This document shows positions 1 through 9,363 of a stretch of DNA of 64,000 bases, in pieces; within the stretch, counting starts at the first letter, position 1; each line of letters begins with the position of its first letter. Below the pieces are notes generated by a model, which was not told where the DNA came from, searched no databases, and saw only the letters and a list, made by a program, of their open reading frames with translations. The position numbers were made by a program, and so were the translations under genes. Location of the stretch: contig CAVUKL010000048.1 in the NCBI GenBank assembly GCA_963742015.1, positions 24,971-88,970 of the forward strand, given 5' to 3'. Source of the DNA: an uncultured Acidobacteriaceae bacterium (GTDB taxonomy: Bacteria > Acidobacteriota > Terriglobia > Terriglobales > Acidobacteriaceae).

Positions 1-22
1 GTCATCATCCTTAGAAATCGCC

Positions 23-1054
23 CTAGCAAATCCTGGGCAGCGGATCGCCGACCAACATATCGATGATTCGGCTTCCACCGTAGCGCGTGGTCACCAGCAC
101 GGCGCAGGCGGGTTCCAGTTGCACCTCGCCGATGATCACAGCGTCCTCGCCGCCGTCGGCGCGGTTGAGCGCGTTCAGTGCTGCGTCGGCATACTCCGGC
201 GCGACGACCGCAAGAAACTGGCCTTCATTCGCGATGTGCAGCGGATCCAACCCCAGCAACTCGCAAGCGCCTCGAACTTCGTCGCGCATAGGAATCTTCT
301 CTTCACCCAGGACGATGCCCAGCCCACAGTCGCGCGCGAGTTCATTGAGCGAAGTGGCCACGCCACCCCGGGTGGGATCGCGCATCCACCGAATTCCCGG
401 GCCGGCCTCCGCGACCATCGCTTCGATGAGTGGCAGAACGCATCGAGTATCCGAAGACAGATCGGCGTCGAGGTCGAGTTCCCCGCGCGCCAGCAGGATA
501 GTAATGCCATGGTCACCGATCGGCCCCGAGAGTAGGACCTTGTCACCCGGTCGCACCGAACCGGCGTCGATCTTGATAGACGGCATAGGAGAGCCAATAC
601 CAGTCGTGGTGATGTACATACCGTCGGCCTTGCCGCGCTCCACGACCTTGGTATCGCCGCCAACTATTGCGATGCCCGCCTTCGCCAGAGCGGCAGCCAT
701 CGCGCGGACTTCCGCTTCAAGCACAGCAGACGGCAGCCCCTCTTCGAGAATGAAGGTGACGACCATCGCCTGGCCTCTGGCTCCGGAGACAGCCAGATCG
801 TTCATCGTCCCGTTGACGGCGAGTTCGCCGATGGAGCCTCCGGGAAATCTGAGCGGTTTAACCACAAAGCTGTCGGTGGTAATTGCGATCGATCCGCCTT
901 GGAGGCTCAAGTGTGCGGCGTCGCCCAAAGGTCCGATCGAGTTTGGAGAGAGGAGGGGAGCAAAGAGACCTTCGACAAGCCTGCGGCTGGCCTTGCCGCC
1001 GGCGCCATGCGCCATTTCAATCTGCGCGTCGCGAAAGCGCACCGCAGCATTCAC
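23..1054 (-). CDS. hypE: Hydrogenase maturation carbamoyl dehydratase HypE
   Basis: Motifs MAHGAGG, TTDSFVV, GGDTKVV, RDPTRGG, ANEG and C-terminal LPRIC. Start placed at GTG 1054 after GGAG; the ORF track extends it to 1225, into hypD. Confidence 0.95.
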   Translation of the reverse strand: MNAAVRFRDAQIEMAHGAGGKASRRLVEGLFAPLLSPNSIGPLGDAAHLSLQGGSIAITTDSFVVKPLRFPGGSIGELAVNGTMNDLAVSGARGQAMVVTFILEEGLPSAVLEAEVRAMAAALAKAGIAIVGGDTKVVERGKADGMYITTTGIGSPMPSIKIDAGSVRPGDKVLLSGPIGDHGITILLARGELDLDADLSSDTRCVLPLIEAMVAEAGPGIRWMRDPTRGGVATSLNELARDCGLGIVLGEEKIPMRDEVRGACELLGLDPLHIANEGQFLAVVAPEYADAALNALNRADGGEDAVIIGEVQLEPACAVLVTTRYGGSRIIDMLVGDPLPRIC

Positions 1055-1077
1055 GCTTTCCGCAACTCCGTTCCCGT

Positions 1078-2214
1078 TCAGGCCACTGACGCGATGCGCG
1101 AGACCATTGCCGCCGCCGTTTTGCGATGCTCGTAGTTGTAATGTGCTGCGCATGAACCCTCTGAAGAAACCATAAGCGCGCCGATTGGATGTTCTGGCGT
1201 GCATTCGTTGCCAAAGAGCTTGCACTGCGCGGGCTTAAGCACACCTTTGAGAACTTCTCCGCACTGGGCAGCCTTTGGATCGGTGACTCGCGTGTTGGGA
1301 ATCGGGAAGCGCTGCTCCGCGTCCCACTGCGCGTATTCGTCGCGAAGCTTCAACGCCGATTGCGAGATGAATCCGAGACCTCGCCACTCGAAATAAGGCC
1401 GCAACTGAAAAACCTCAGCCATCGCCTTCAGCGCGGCGCGATTGCCTTCCCATGGCACAACGCGTTTGTATTGGTTCTCGACACGTGCCTCGCCCGCGCT
1501 GAGCTGACGCAGGATCATCACGATCGACTGCAACAGATCGAGCGGCTCGAAGCCCGAAGTCACAATCGGCATGTGCTCCGTATTTGCGATCCACTCATAA
1601 GGGCGACAGCCGATCACCGTCGAAACATGCCCCGGGCCGATAAATGCATCGAGGCGCATATCGGGCGAGTCGAGGATCGCCCGCATCGCGGGAATGATCG
1701 TGACGTGATTGCAAAAGACAGAGAAGTTCTCGATGCCTTCCGCTTTGGCGCGCATCAGCGTCAGCGCGGTAGACGGCGCGGTGGTCTCGAAGCCGATGGC
1801 AAAGAACATCACGTGCCGGTCGGGGTTGTTGCGCGCAAGCTTCAGCGCGTCTGCCGGCGAATAGACCATCCGTACATCGGTGCCGCGCGCCTTATGCTCA
1901 AACGGACTCCCGTGAGCTCCGGGCACGCGCATCATATCTCCGAATGCCGCGAAGATCACGTCGGATTGTTTCGCGACCGCAAGTCCGTCGTCGATCCTGC
2001 CCATCGGCAGCACGCACACCGGGCAGCCAGGGCCGTGAATGAGCTCGATATTCGACGGCAGCACGTCTTTTAGCCCGAAGCGGTAAATGGCATGAGTGTG
2101 ACCGCCACAAACCTCCATGATGCGGTAATGCTTGCCGGTGTCGGCGAGGCGATAAATCTCTTCGGATGCTTTGGTAATAAGCTCTGGATCTCGGAATTCG
2201 TCTATATATCGCAT
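1078..2214 (-). CDS. hypD: Hydrogenase maturation protein HypD
   Basis: Motifs MEVCGGHTH, GPGCPVCV, GFETTAP, PGHVS, CKLFGNECTP and MVSSEGSC. Confidence 0.96.
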   Translation of the reverse strand: MRYIDEFRDPELITKASEEIYRLADTGKHYRIMEVCGGHTHAIYRFGLKDVLPSNIELIHGPGCPVCVLPMGRIDDGLAVAKQSDVIFAAFGDMMRVPGAHGSPFEHKARGTDVRMVYSPADALKLARNNPDRHVMFFAIGFETTAPSTALTLMRAKAEGIENFSVFCNHVTIIPAMRAILDSPDMRLDAFIGPGHVSTVIGCRPYEWIANTEHMPIVTSGFEPLDLLQSIVMILRQLSAGEARVENQYKRVVPWEGNRAALKAMAEVFQLRPYFEWRGLGFISQSALKLRDEYAQWDAEQRFPIPNTRVTDPKAAQCGEVLKGVLKPAQCKLFGNECTPEHPIGALMVSSEGSCAAHYNYEHRKTAAAMVSRIASVA

Positions 2215-2242
2215 CGTGAACCCCACCGTGGGTTAAGTCAGG

Positions 2243-2566
2243 CTAAGGGAGCGAGCGCGGAGTCTTAGCCGCCCCGGCGGTTGCATGCTCGCCGCCATGC
2301 TCAAGGCCGTATCCGCGAACTTCCTCGATCGCCTGCTCCGTTTCGCCGAGCATCCTCAGTATTTCCATCTGCTCGATCGCATCCTGCTCGCTGATCTTGG
2401 TCATTGCGAAGCCGACGTGGATCAACACCCAGTCGCCGGTCTTTGGCAGATCCTCCTGTAGCAGGCCAAGATCAACTTTGCGCCGTACCCCGGCAACTTC
2501 CACGGTTCCCAGGTGCGCCTGGATGGAATCCAATTCTACGATCTTGCCTGGAATCGCTAAACACAT
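2243..2566 (-). CDS. hypC: Hydrogenase chaperone HypC
   Basis: N-terminal MCLAIPG and WVLIHVGFA. Confidence 0.95.
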   Translation of the reverse strand: MCLAIPGKIVELDSIQAHLGTVEVAGVRRKVDLGLLQEDLPKTGDWVLIHVGFAMTKISEQDAIEQMEILRMLGETEQAIEEVRGYGLEHGGEHATAGAAKTPRSLP

Positions 2567-2613
2567 TCAGTTGCTTCCTCCGGGTGCTTCCTGTGCGCGT
2601 GCCACCAATCTCT

Positions 2614-3210
2614 TCACTCCTGCTTCCGGGCTACGATCTCGAAGGAGAACTTCAGATCGTCTTTCAACTTCAGCGCGCCGCCAGCGACCGAAATCAGTTT
2701 GATGTTGTAATCGGTCTGGTTCAGCGAAAAATCTCCCGATGCCCGTAGCATACTCCCCAACAACGCCACCCGCGCGGTGATCCCTGTCACCTTGCGCGTC
2801 ACCCCATGCAGGGTGAGTTCTCCACTCAGTGTGGCTGAGTAGAGCATGTCGGACATCTTGGTGACCGCAATGTCAGGCGCGTCAAAAACGATCTCCGGAA
2901 ACTTTGTCGCCTCAAGCACCTCGTCGTTCATCAGCCGTTCGATCTCGCGCCGGTCCTTGTCGCTGATGTCGTCCTGCACGCCGAGCGACGAGGTCTTGAC
3001 GACCAAGTGCAAAGAACCGGCTGCGAGCCTTTCCGGATCGAAGTTTACCTCGCCTTTGAAGTCGCGGATTCCAATGGTTGGATTGTGGCCCATCTTGGCC
3101 AACAGCCCAGTCGCTGTCGCCTTGACAGTGAACCGGCTAGACCTGCCATCGATAACGAAGCGGGTAGCGATCTCGGACGCTTCCACCGCCTCCGTCGAAA
3201 TTTCAGCCAT
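2614..3210 (-). CDS. YceI-like (polyisoprenoid-binding beta-barrel) protein, no signal peptide
   Basis: YceI-type motifs LEATKFPEIVF, GELTLHGVTR, TDYNI and LKDDLKFSFEI. Acidic N-terminus with no hydrophobic signal. ATG 3210 follows GGAG. Confidence 0.75.
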   Translation of the reverse strand: MAEISTEAVEASEIATRFVIDGRSSRFTVKATATGLLAKMGHNPTIGIRDFKGEVNFDPERLAAGSLHLVVKTSSLGVQDDISDKDRREIERLMNDEVLEATKFPEIVFDAPDIAVTKMSDMLYSATLSGELTLHGVTRKVTGITARVALLGSMLRASGDFSLNQTDYNIKLISVAGGALKLKDDLKFSFEIVARKQE

Positions 3211-3300
3211 GCAACTAACTCCGATCATGTAACCGCTTGGAGCTGCCGCGAAGCCCGCCTGCAGCACATCAAGATTCAGCTCATTCCAACCGCGCCGCAG

Positions 3301-3516
3301 CTACATCGCCCGCAGCTTCAAATATCTTTCGACATCGGGGAAAGCGGCCTGCGCCAAGTTTCCAACCCCCAGCTGGGAAAGGTAGCGGCGAATAAAGGGA
3401 TTGGAAAGTATTAACCCCGCTCCGAAAACAATCATGGCGACCCCGCCAAGCATGTAAAGGGTGTCCTTGTCGCTTCCGTTCTGGGTTCCATTCATCTCTA
3501 TCAGGTCCATAGCCAC
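3301..3516 (-). CDS. Small membrane protein ending PDVERYLKLRAM (DUF6893-like, hhy-cluster peptide)
   Basis: AAGGAG before GTG 3516. One TM segment (LYMLGGVAMIVFGAGLIL) and C-terminal PDxxRYxxxxxM. Family name is from recall. Confidence 0.7.
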   Translation of the reverse strand: MAMDLIEMNGTQNGSDKDTLYMLGGVAMIVFGAGLILSNPFIRRYLSQLGVGNLAQAAFPDVERYLKLRAM

Positions 3517-3544
3517 GGTATTTCTCCTTTCGGTTCGCACATGT

Positions 3545-4414
3545 CTAGTTGGTAGACCTCAAGTCTGCCGACTTACAGCTTCCTGTCTCCAACTTGCCTT
3601 CGTTCAATATCTTCTCGACGAGACCCGTGACTACCCTCATGGCCTCGCCCACTGCAGCCGCCACCGCGGGACTCAAGCCCATCTGTCCCTCTTCGCCTCC
3701 GAAGGTCTCGGGCTCGCAACCCACCAGCAGAACGCGCTTCAACGGAGCCTTCATCGCAGCCGCCATGCGCAACACGTTCACCGGATTCATCGCATGCGGC
3801 TCGACGAAGTTCTCTTGCGAGAGAGCCGCCGCGGGATCGTTGAGGTCCGGCTCGACCACGTAGACCGTGCCGGGCGGCTGACCATGAGGGAAGGCGTCGA
3901 CGAGAATCGTCGTCTCGTAGCCATCCTGAAGCGCGTAGGCGAGGTCGAACCCCCGAATGCCGAAGTCTGCCACCCGCACGGTCACGGGAAAATCGCAGCG
4001 CGCGAGCTGTTGCGCCACCTCGACGCCGAAGCCGTCGTCCCCAAGAAAAATGTTCCCGATCCCGGCCACCAAAATGCGCGGCCGTTTCGTTATGTTCCGC
4101 TGACTCTGCTCCTCGCGCGGAAGCGGTTCGACTTCCGACGGGTCAAAGAAGAATCGGTGACCCGGCTGCCGGAGCAGCCCGAGATCGCGTCCCGGGTCAT
4201 CGTCCAGCACGACGCAGACGTGCGATTTACCTTCGTAGTCTTGTTCGAGGCTCTCGACGGACGCGATCTGTCCGCGCAACGCAATGTCGAGAATATCGCC
4301 GCCCTCGTGGGGAGAAAGACGGACGCGGTCTCCCGTCCTCACCTCGACGCCGGAGATGACAAGATGGTCGACGACCATTTTGTCTTCGAGCAGCTGCCAC
4401 TCCAACTCGTTCAT
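3545..4414 (-). CDS. Hydrogenase maturation endopeptidase (HupD/HyaD family) with an extra ~110-aa N-terminal domain
   Basis: GIGNIFLGDDGFGVEV, ILVDA, EPHAMNP and LVGCEP, preceded by a separate domain (RVRLSP...DDDPGRDLG...FFFDPSEVEPL). Confidence 0.85.
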   Translation of the reverse strand: MNELEWQLLEDKMVVDHLVISGVEVRTGDRVRLSPHEGGDILDIALRGQIASVESLEQDYEGKSHVCVVLDDDPGRDLGLLRQPGHRFFFDPSEVEPLPREEQSQRNITKRPRILVAGIGNIFLGDDGFGVEVAQQLARCDFPVTVRVADFGIRGFDLAYALQDGYETTILVDAFPHGQPPGTVYVVEPDLNDPAAALSQENFVEPHAMNPVNVLRMAAAMKAPLKRVLLVGCEPETFGGEEGQMGLSPAVAAAVGEAMRVVTGLVEKILNEGKLETGSCKSADLRSTN

Positions 4415-5503
4415 CGCGCCCCCCTTCGACCGGCATCGCTCGAAGCTGGCTGCAGCCCGCGCAGCGCACCGTGCATTTTCATGAATTGCTCCGGAGGCAT
4501 GTTCTCGGTGCGCTCGAGTATCTGGCGGGCGCGCTCGTCCGACTGGCGCATCTCCCGTTTCTCGTCGTCGGTCATCGTCAGAATTCGCAACGACAGAATC
4601 TCGTCAATCTCAGTCCCATCAAACAAACTGCCCGGACTCTCGGGAGCGATCTGCGGATAGTCATAGAGGATGATCGGTGAGGAGAGCATCGTGCTGCGGT
4701 CGCCTTCTTCTCCCACAAGAACGGGCCATGTGCAAATGTTCCGGCATTCCGCGGCCAGGCTCTTCAGGTTCTCCGGAGGGTCGAGCAGCGAGATGAACTC
4801 GCCACCGTCCACGGTCAGGATGGTGTGCGCCGAGACCAGCGAATACATCAGCGCATCGCCCCGGCTTCGTTCAGGCGAACATTCGTATGACGTAAGATTG
4901 CGGACCCTGACCGTTACCCTGTGAACGTCATCCTGGCATCGCTCGGAATCGATTTCGATCCATCCTGAGAGCGCTTCCCATTCTCGGATGATCGCGCCCG
5001 CGAGCCGGCCGCCTTTATCCCGAATGAACTCCAGTTCGCGCCCGTCAGGAAAATCAAATGGGGAGGGCAAAGCGAACAAGACGGACGCGGGACGCAGTGG
5101 GGGCACGACCACTTGGCGTTCCATCGCCTCCTGCCACGGCACAAATGTTTGCCCGTCAACTTCCAACTTGCCAACAATCTCGATTTCGGCTCCCGCTCCG
5201 GCGGGAGGTTCATCCAGAGACTGTTTCGCCCTTCCGATTGAGCGATTGACTAATTGAAGAAACCGGACCTTCACGCCGAGTCGCGCCGACAGGTTTCCCC
5301 GCAGCAGACACTGCGTCTGCATCATCCATGCCTCGGAGCCATTCTGCTCCTCGCTATAGGAACGCGGACACAGTACTCCAAAATTCCAGCGCTGCTGATT
5401 TTTCACCGCCGACGCGCGATAGGGATACAGCATGTATCCCTCGTAGAGCACCGCCTCAGCGATCTTCTCAACCCGGCTCTTGGGTAACGGTATTCGGGCT
5501 CAT
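4411..5503 (-). CDS. Conserved group 1h hydrogenase-cluster protein (probable +1 error near 5480)
   Basis: LYEGYMLYPYRASAVKNQQRW and LSSPIILYDYPQIAPESPG...DGTEIDEIL. ATG 5503 overlaps the upstream stop (ATGA) and becomes in frame if one base near 5470-5485 is removed. Confidence 0.7.
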
Positions 5504-6147
5504 GTGTTCACCGTCTCTTCCGCTGCAAGCATGCTCTCCAGTGCCTGTTCCCAGCTGAGAAGCCCACGCTGGACTTTGTACTGATAGAGGCGATCGAAAG
5601 TGTCGCGACGGAGGTCAAGCCAGACCGTATTCGGATAGTAGGCTTCCATCATCTCGCGCCACACATTGACCGGCAGCTTGTACCGCGCCTCTTGCTCCCA
5701 TGAGATCGGCGCGACCTGCAGCACATCCTCGGCATCGGCATAAAAGACAGTGCCGCTGAAAAGGAAGTAGAGCGGAATCTCCCCGCAGGTAAGGCCGCCA
5801 AAGTACTTGGTGGCGGCCACGTTGAAGTCGAAGGTGCATGGGACGTGCAGGTCGGCCACCGTAGTGTCCTGAAAGCTCGGCACGACGACGCTGGTGTGCG
5901 TCCAAAGCAAGGTTCGCAGCGTTTGGCTCCAGCGCTCCGGCTCGCCGAAGAGATCGCGCATGCTGGCTTGCTCCTCTGGCGTATAGCGCCGGCGAGTTAC
6001 TTCAATCTGGATCTGGCAGCGCAGGGCGACCGTGTGGATTGTTTGATCGTGGATTGCGTTATCGATGCGAAGCGCGAACGCCAGAGTCGGGGCAATCGCG
6101 AAGGGCGTTACCGCAGCCTGTTCGATCTTGAAGCTTAGGTCAGGCAT
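5500..6147 (-). CDS. Conserved hhy-cluster protein (DUF6084-like)
   Basis: ALRCQIQIE, DLFGEPERW, VPCTFDFNVAATKYF and FLFSGTVFY; translationally coupled to its neighbours. Confidence 0.7.
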   Translation of the reverse strand: MPDLSFKIEQAAVTPFAIAPTLAFALRIDNAIHDQTIHTVALRCQIQIEVTRRRYTPEEQASMRDLFGEPERWSQTLRTLLWTHTSVVVPSFQDTTVADLHVPCTFDFNVAATKYFGGLTCGEIPLYFLFSGTVFYADAEDVLQVAPISWEQEARYKLPVNVWREMMEAYYPNTVWLDLRRDTFDRLYQYKVQRGLLSWEQALESMLAAEETVNT

Positions 6148-6799
6148 GGGCCTCCTCGCCGACCAGGTCGGCACGCGACCTCAGCTCCGCAAAAAAACGA
6201 CCGATCTCGGCCCACACCTCCGATCCACCAGACAGCCCTTTCCAATTGGCCCGGATGAGTCCGACAAGCCGGTAACACTCATCGATCGGGGCAATGTAGT
6301 ACTCGGCCCTCGATAGCTCTTGCGCATGACCGACGCGGTTGACGAGCAGGGCTTCGATGTCCGGTCGCAGTTGGCCCAGCGCCGGGTTTTCCTCCACGAT
6401 CTCATTCCAGGCGTCGAGCGGGAGCAACGACTCCACAGCGCCGGCGGGGCTTGGATAGAGAGTGACCATTCTGTCCTCCAGGCTCGATCGAAAGAAGAAC
6501 GCCATGTTGATGGGAATCATCAGGTTTTCCCATTGCGCATCGGTAATGCGAAAGTTGGCCAGCAGCTCCGCGCGCCGCGAGACACGGCGGTATTTCCCTC
6601 CCGGGATTCCGTCGAATAGCATCGCGCAGGCCTCACATGCGCAGACAATTTGCCGCGAGGCCAGTTCGACCAGATGCGGATGCTCATGCGCCAAGCGAGC
6701 GCTGCACAACTCGCAACGCTCGACGGCGGGTCGCGGGCGCGCGAACTGACGCAACGTAGCAAACGCCTGTTCCAACGGCGGTGGTGTTCCAGCCGTCAT
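6140..6799 (-). CDS. Conserved hhy-cluster Cys/His protein (DUF5947-like)
   Basis: ERCELC..HEHPHL..CACEAC, YPSPAGAVES and PIDECYRLVG; GAGGAG RBS. Confidence 0.7.
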   Translation of the reverse strand: MTAGTPPPLEQAFATLRQFARPRPAVERCELCSARLAHEHPHLVELASRQIVCACEACAMLFDGIPGGKYRRVSRRAELLANFRITDAQWENLMIPINMAFFFRSSLEDRMVTLYPSPAGAVESLLPLDAWNEIVEENPALGQLRPDIEALLVNRVGHAQELSRAEYYIAPIDECYRLVGLIRANWKGLSGGSEVWAEIGRFFAELRSRADLVGEEAHA

Positions 6800-6839
6800 C
6801 GGATTCTCCTCGCCCAGCGATGACCATTTAGACGTGAAT

Positions 6840-7445
6840 TCAATCGGCACCGCCCACATCCGCAGTCTCGAGCGCCGGCGCGGCGATCGAATGCTTCAAC
6901 AGGTTCTGCAGAGGGACAAAGCCGGAGGCAGATTCGCCCTCCGGTTCGAGCATCTCCAGCGACGCCACGTCCGGCGCCAGATCATAGATGGCTTCTTCCA
7001 CCATCGACTTCAGGTTCTTTGTAGTCGATCCACAGGAATGTCCTGAGGTGACCAGCCTGAGCCGGACCGCGCCGTCGTTAGCGCCAACAAACTCTACTCG
7101 GGCATCGAGCTTCCGCAGCCGTGGGCGCACGTTGTCGATGGCGCGGAGCACACGCGTCTCAACATCATCAGGGTGCAAGGAGTAGAGCAGAAGCAGATTG
7201 CGGACCAAAGGGTCCTGTCCAAATTTGGCGATGAGCGCGTCGCCCGCCGTCCCGGATTCGCCCCTCGTCTCGAACTCGAAGACGAGTTCCATCATTCGCT
7301 CCAGCCCGGCTCCATGCACTTCCATGAGGAGTTGCACCAACTCCCGGGCCGCGACTTTAGCAGCGCCATCCGGCATCTGGTCGAGCTCACCGACCAGGAT
7401 GCCGAGCTGGCGGATCTTCTCCTGGAATTCCTTTTCGTTGACCAC
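6840..7445 (-). CDS. NifU/NfuA-domain protein (HhyE-like), degenerate CxxC
   Basis: LLLYSLHP..ETRVLRAIDNVRPRL..AIYDLAPDV; directly downstream of hhyL. Contains only one Cys (SGHSCGS). Confidence 0.7.
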   Translation of the reverse strand: MVNEKEFQEKIRQLGILVGELDQMPDGAAKVAARELVQLLMEVHGAGLERMMELVFEFETRGESGTAGDALIAKFGQDPLVRNLLLLYSLHPDDVETRVLRAIDNVRPRLRKLDARVEFVGANDGAVRLRLVTSGHSCGSTTKNLKSMVEEAIYDLAPDVASLEMLEPEGESASGFVPLQNLLKHSIAAPALETADVGGAD

Positions 7446-7523
7446 GCTACTCCTTCATAGAGCACATTAGAACGAGAGCGTGGCCCCCGCGCAAACGATA
7501 CCGCATCTCTCCAATTCCAGATC

Positions 7524-9320
7524 TCAAGGCTGTAAGCCAAACATCGGAGAGTGATGCGTCTCGAGCACCTTGCCGTTGCCAAGGTACATGTGCACACCGC
7601 ACGGCAGGCACGGATCAAAGCTCCGCACCGCCCGCATAATGTCAATGCCCTTGAAGTTCTCCGGTCCGTTCTCCTCGAAGATCGGCGTGTTCTGTACCGC
7701 GTCTTCATAAGGCCCTGGCGTCCCATAGATGTCGCGCGGGTTCGCATTCCACGGAGTCGGAGGATAAGGATGATAGTTGGCGATCTTGTGATTGCGGATC
7801 ACCACGTGATGCGACAGAACGCCGCGCACCGCCTCGTGGAACCCGCATCCAATACCTTCCTCCGGCACCTTGAAGTCGTTCCACGTCTTGGTCCGCCCCG
7901 CATGAAGCTCGGCCAGCGCCTGCTCTGCGAAGTGCAGAGCGGCTGCCGCTGCGTATGCCTGGAAGTAAGTGCGGGCGCGGTCGCGCTCGATGGCGTTGCT
8001 CCACTTGGGAATCTTCCACTCAAGCTCGGTCTCGGGCAGGGACATTGTTTTGGGCAGGTAAATCTTCACGCTGTTGCCGGTAGCTTTGAGGTAGCCAATG
8101 TCGACGATGCCCGCCAGCGCGGTCGCCCAGAAGCGCGCGATCGGGCCGCCGCCGGTATCGAGCGCCAGATAATCTCCGGTGCGCTTGTCGTACCAGCGAG
8201 GAGACATGACCCAGGTGTACTTCTCTGAGAAATTCCGCTTCTGTGGCTTCGGGAAGGTGCTCTGGTTCCAGGGGTGCCGTTGATCGACAGGATTGCCCAG
8301 CGGGTCTTTCTTCACGAAGGTCTCTGAGTTTTGCCAATCGTCGTAATAGGAACTGCCGAGCAGGATGCGGATGTTCAGGTTGATATCGACCAGGTCGGTC
8401 GTCACCAATTGCCCATCGACCACGACGCCCGGCGTAACGAACATGCCGCGGCCCCAATCGGTCATCTTCTCGTAGGTGTAGTCGCAAACATCGGGATTGT
8501 TGAACGATCCCCAACAACCAAGCAGAATCCGGCGCCGCCCGACTTCTTCATACCCGGGGAGCGCTTCGTAGAAGAAATCGAAAAGATCGTCGTGCAGCGG
8601 GACGACCTTCTTCATGAACTCCACGTACTTCATCAACCGCACAATGTAGTCGGTGAAGAGCTGGATTGTCGGCACCGTGCCCACGCCGCCCGGATAGAGC
8701 GTCGATGGATGCACGTGACGACCTTCCATCAGGCAGAACATCTCGCGGGTCATGCGGCTCATCTGCAGCGCCTCGCGATAGAAGGCGCCGGTGAATGGAT
8801 TGAGAGCTGTCATGATGTCTGAAATCTTTTTGTAGCCATGCAATTCGGCGTGTGGAGACGCGGTATTCGTCGCCTTCTCCCAAACTCCGGGATTGGTCTC
8901 TTTCACCATCTGCTCGCAGAAGTCAACGCCCACCAGGTTGTCCTGGAAGATATTGTGGTCGAACATGTACTCGGCCGCCTCACCGAGGTTTACGATCCAT
9001 TCGGCGATGGGTGGGGGCTTCACGCCGAAGGCCATATTCTGGGCATAGGTCGCGCAGGTAGCGTGGTTGTCGCCGCAGATGCCGCAGATGCGGCTGGTGA
9101 TGAAGTGCGCGTCCCTCGGGTCTTTCCCCTTCATGAAAATGCTGTAACCGCGGAAGATCGACGAAGTGCTGTGACACTCCGCCACGCGACGCTTGCCGAA
9201 GTCGATCTTGGTGAAGATGCCGAGACTGCCGACGATCCGGGTGATCGGGTCCCAATTCATCTCGACTAGATTGCTCGATTCTTTGGCTATCTGTTTTTCC
9301 TCAACAGCGATGGTGCCCAT
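7524..9320 (-). CDS. hhyL: Group 1h [NiFe]-hydrogenase large subunit HhyL
   Basis: L1 TSRICGICGDNH and L2 SFDPCLPCGVH, the group 1h/5 signatures; 598 aa with a C-terminal tail. Confidence 0.95.
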   Translation of the reverse strand: MGTIAVEEKQIAKESSNLVEMNWDPITRIVGSLGIFTKIDFGKRRVAECHSTSSIFRGYSIFMKGKDPRDAHFITSRICGICGDNHATCATYAQNMAFGVKPPPIAEWIVNLGEAAEYMFDHNIFQDNLVGVDFCEQMVKETNPGVWEKATNTASPHAELHGYKKISDIMTALNPFTGAFYREALQMSRMTREMFCLMEGRHVHPSTLYPGGVGTVPTIQLFTDYIVRLMKYVEFMKKVVPLHDDLFDFFYEALPGYEEVGRRRILLGCWGSFNNPDVCDYTYEKMTDWGRGMFVTPGVVVDGQLVTTDLVDINLNIRILLGSSYYDDWQNSETFVKKDPLGNPVDQRHPWNQSTFPKPQKRNFSEKYTWVMSPRWYDKRTGDYLALDTGGGPIARFWATALAGIVDIGYLKATGNSVKIYLPKTMSLPETELEWKIPKWSNAIERDRARTYFQAYAAAAALHFAEQALAELHAGRTKTWNDFKVPEEGIGCGFHEAVRGVLSHHVVIRNHKIANYHPYPPTPWNANPRDIYGTPGPYEDAVQNTPIFEENGPENFKGIDIMRAVRSFDPCLPCGVHMYLGNGKVLETHHSPMFGLQP

Positions 9321-9363
9321 CTGGATGACTCCTTTGGTTGTCTCTCGTTCGCAGGAACTGTGT

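Noticed and set aside
1-22. Absence of hypA, hypB and hypF
   Set aside because: The operon runs off the left edge (a further ATG with an RBS at 1-12), so absence cannot be claimed.
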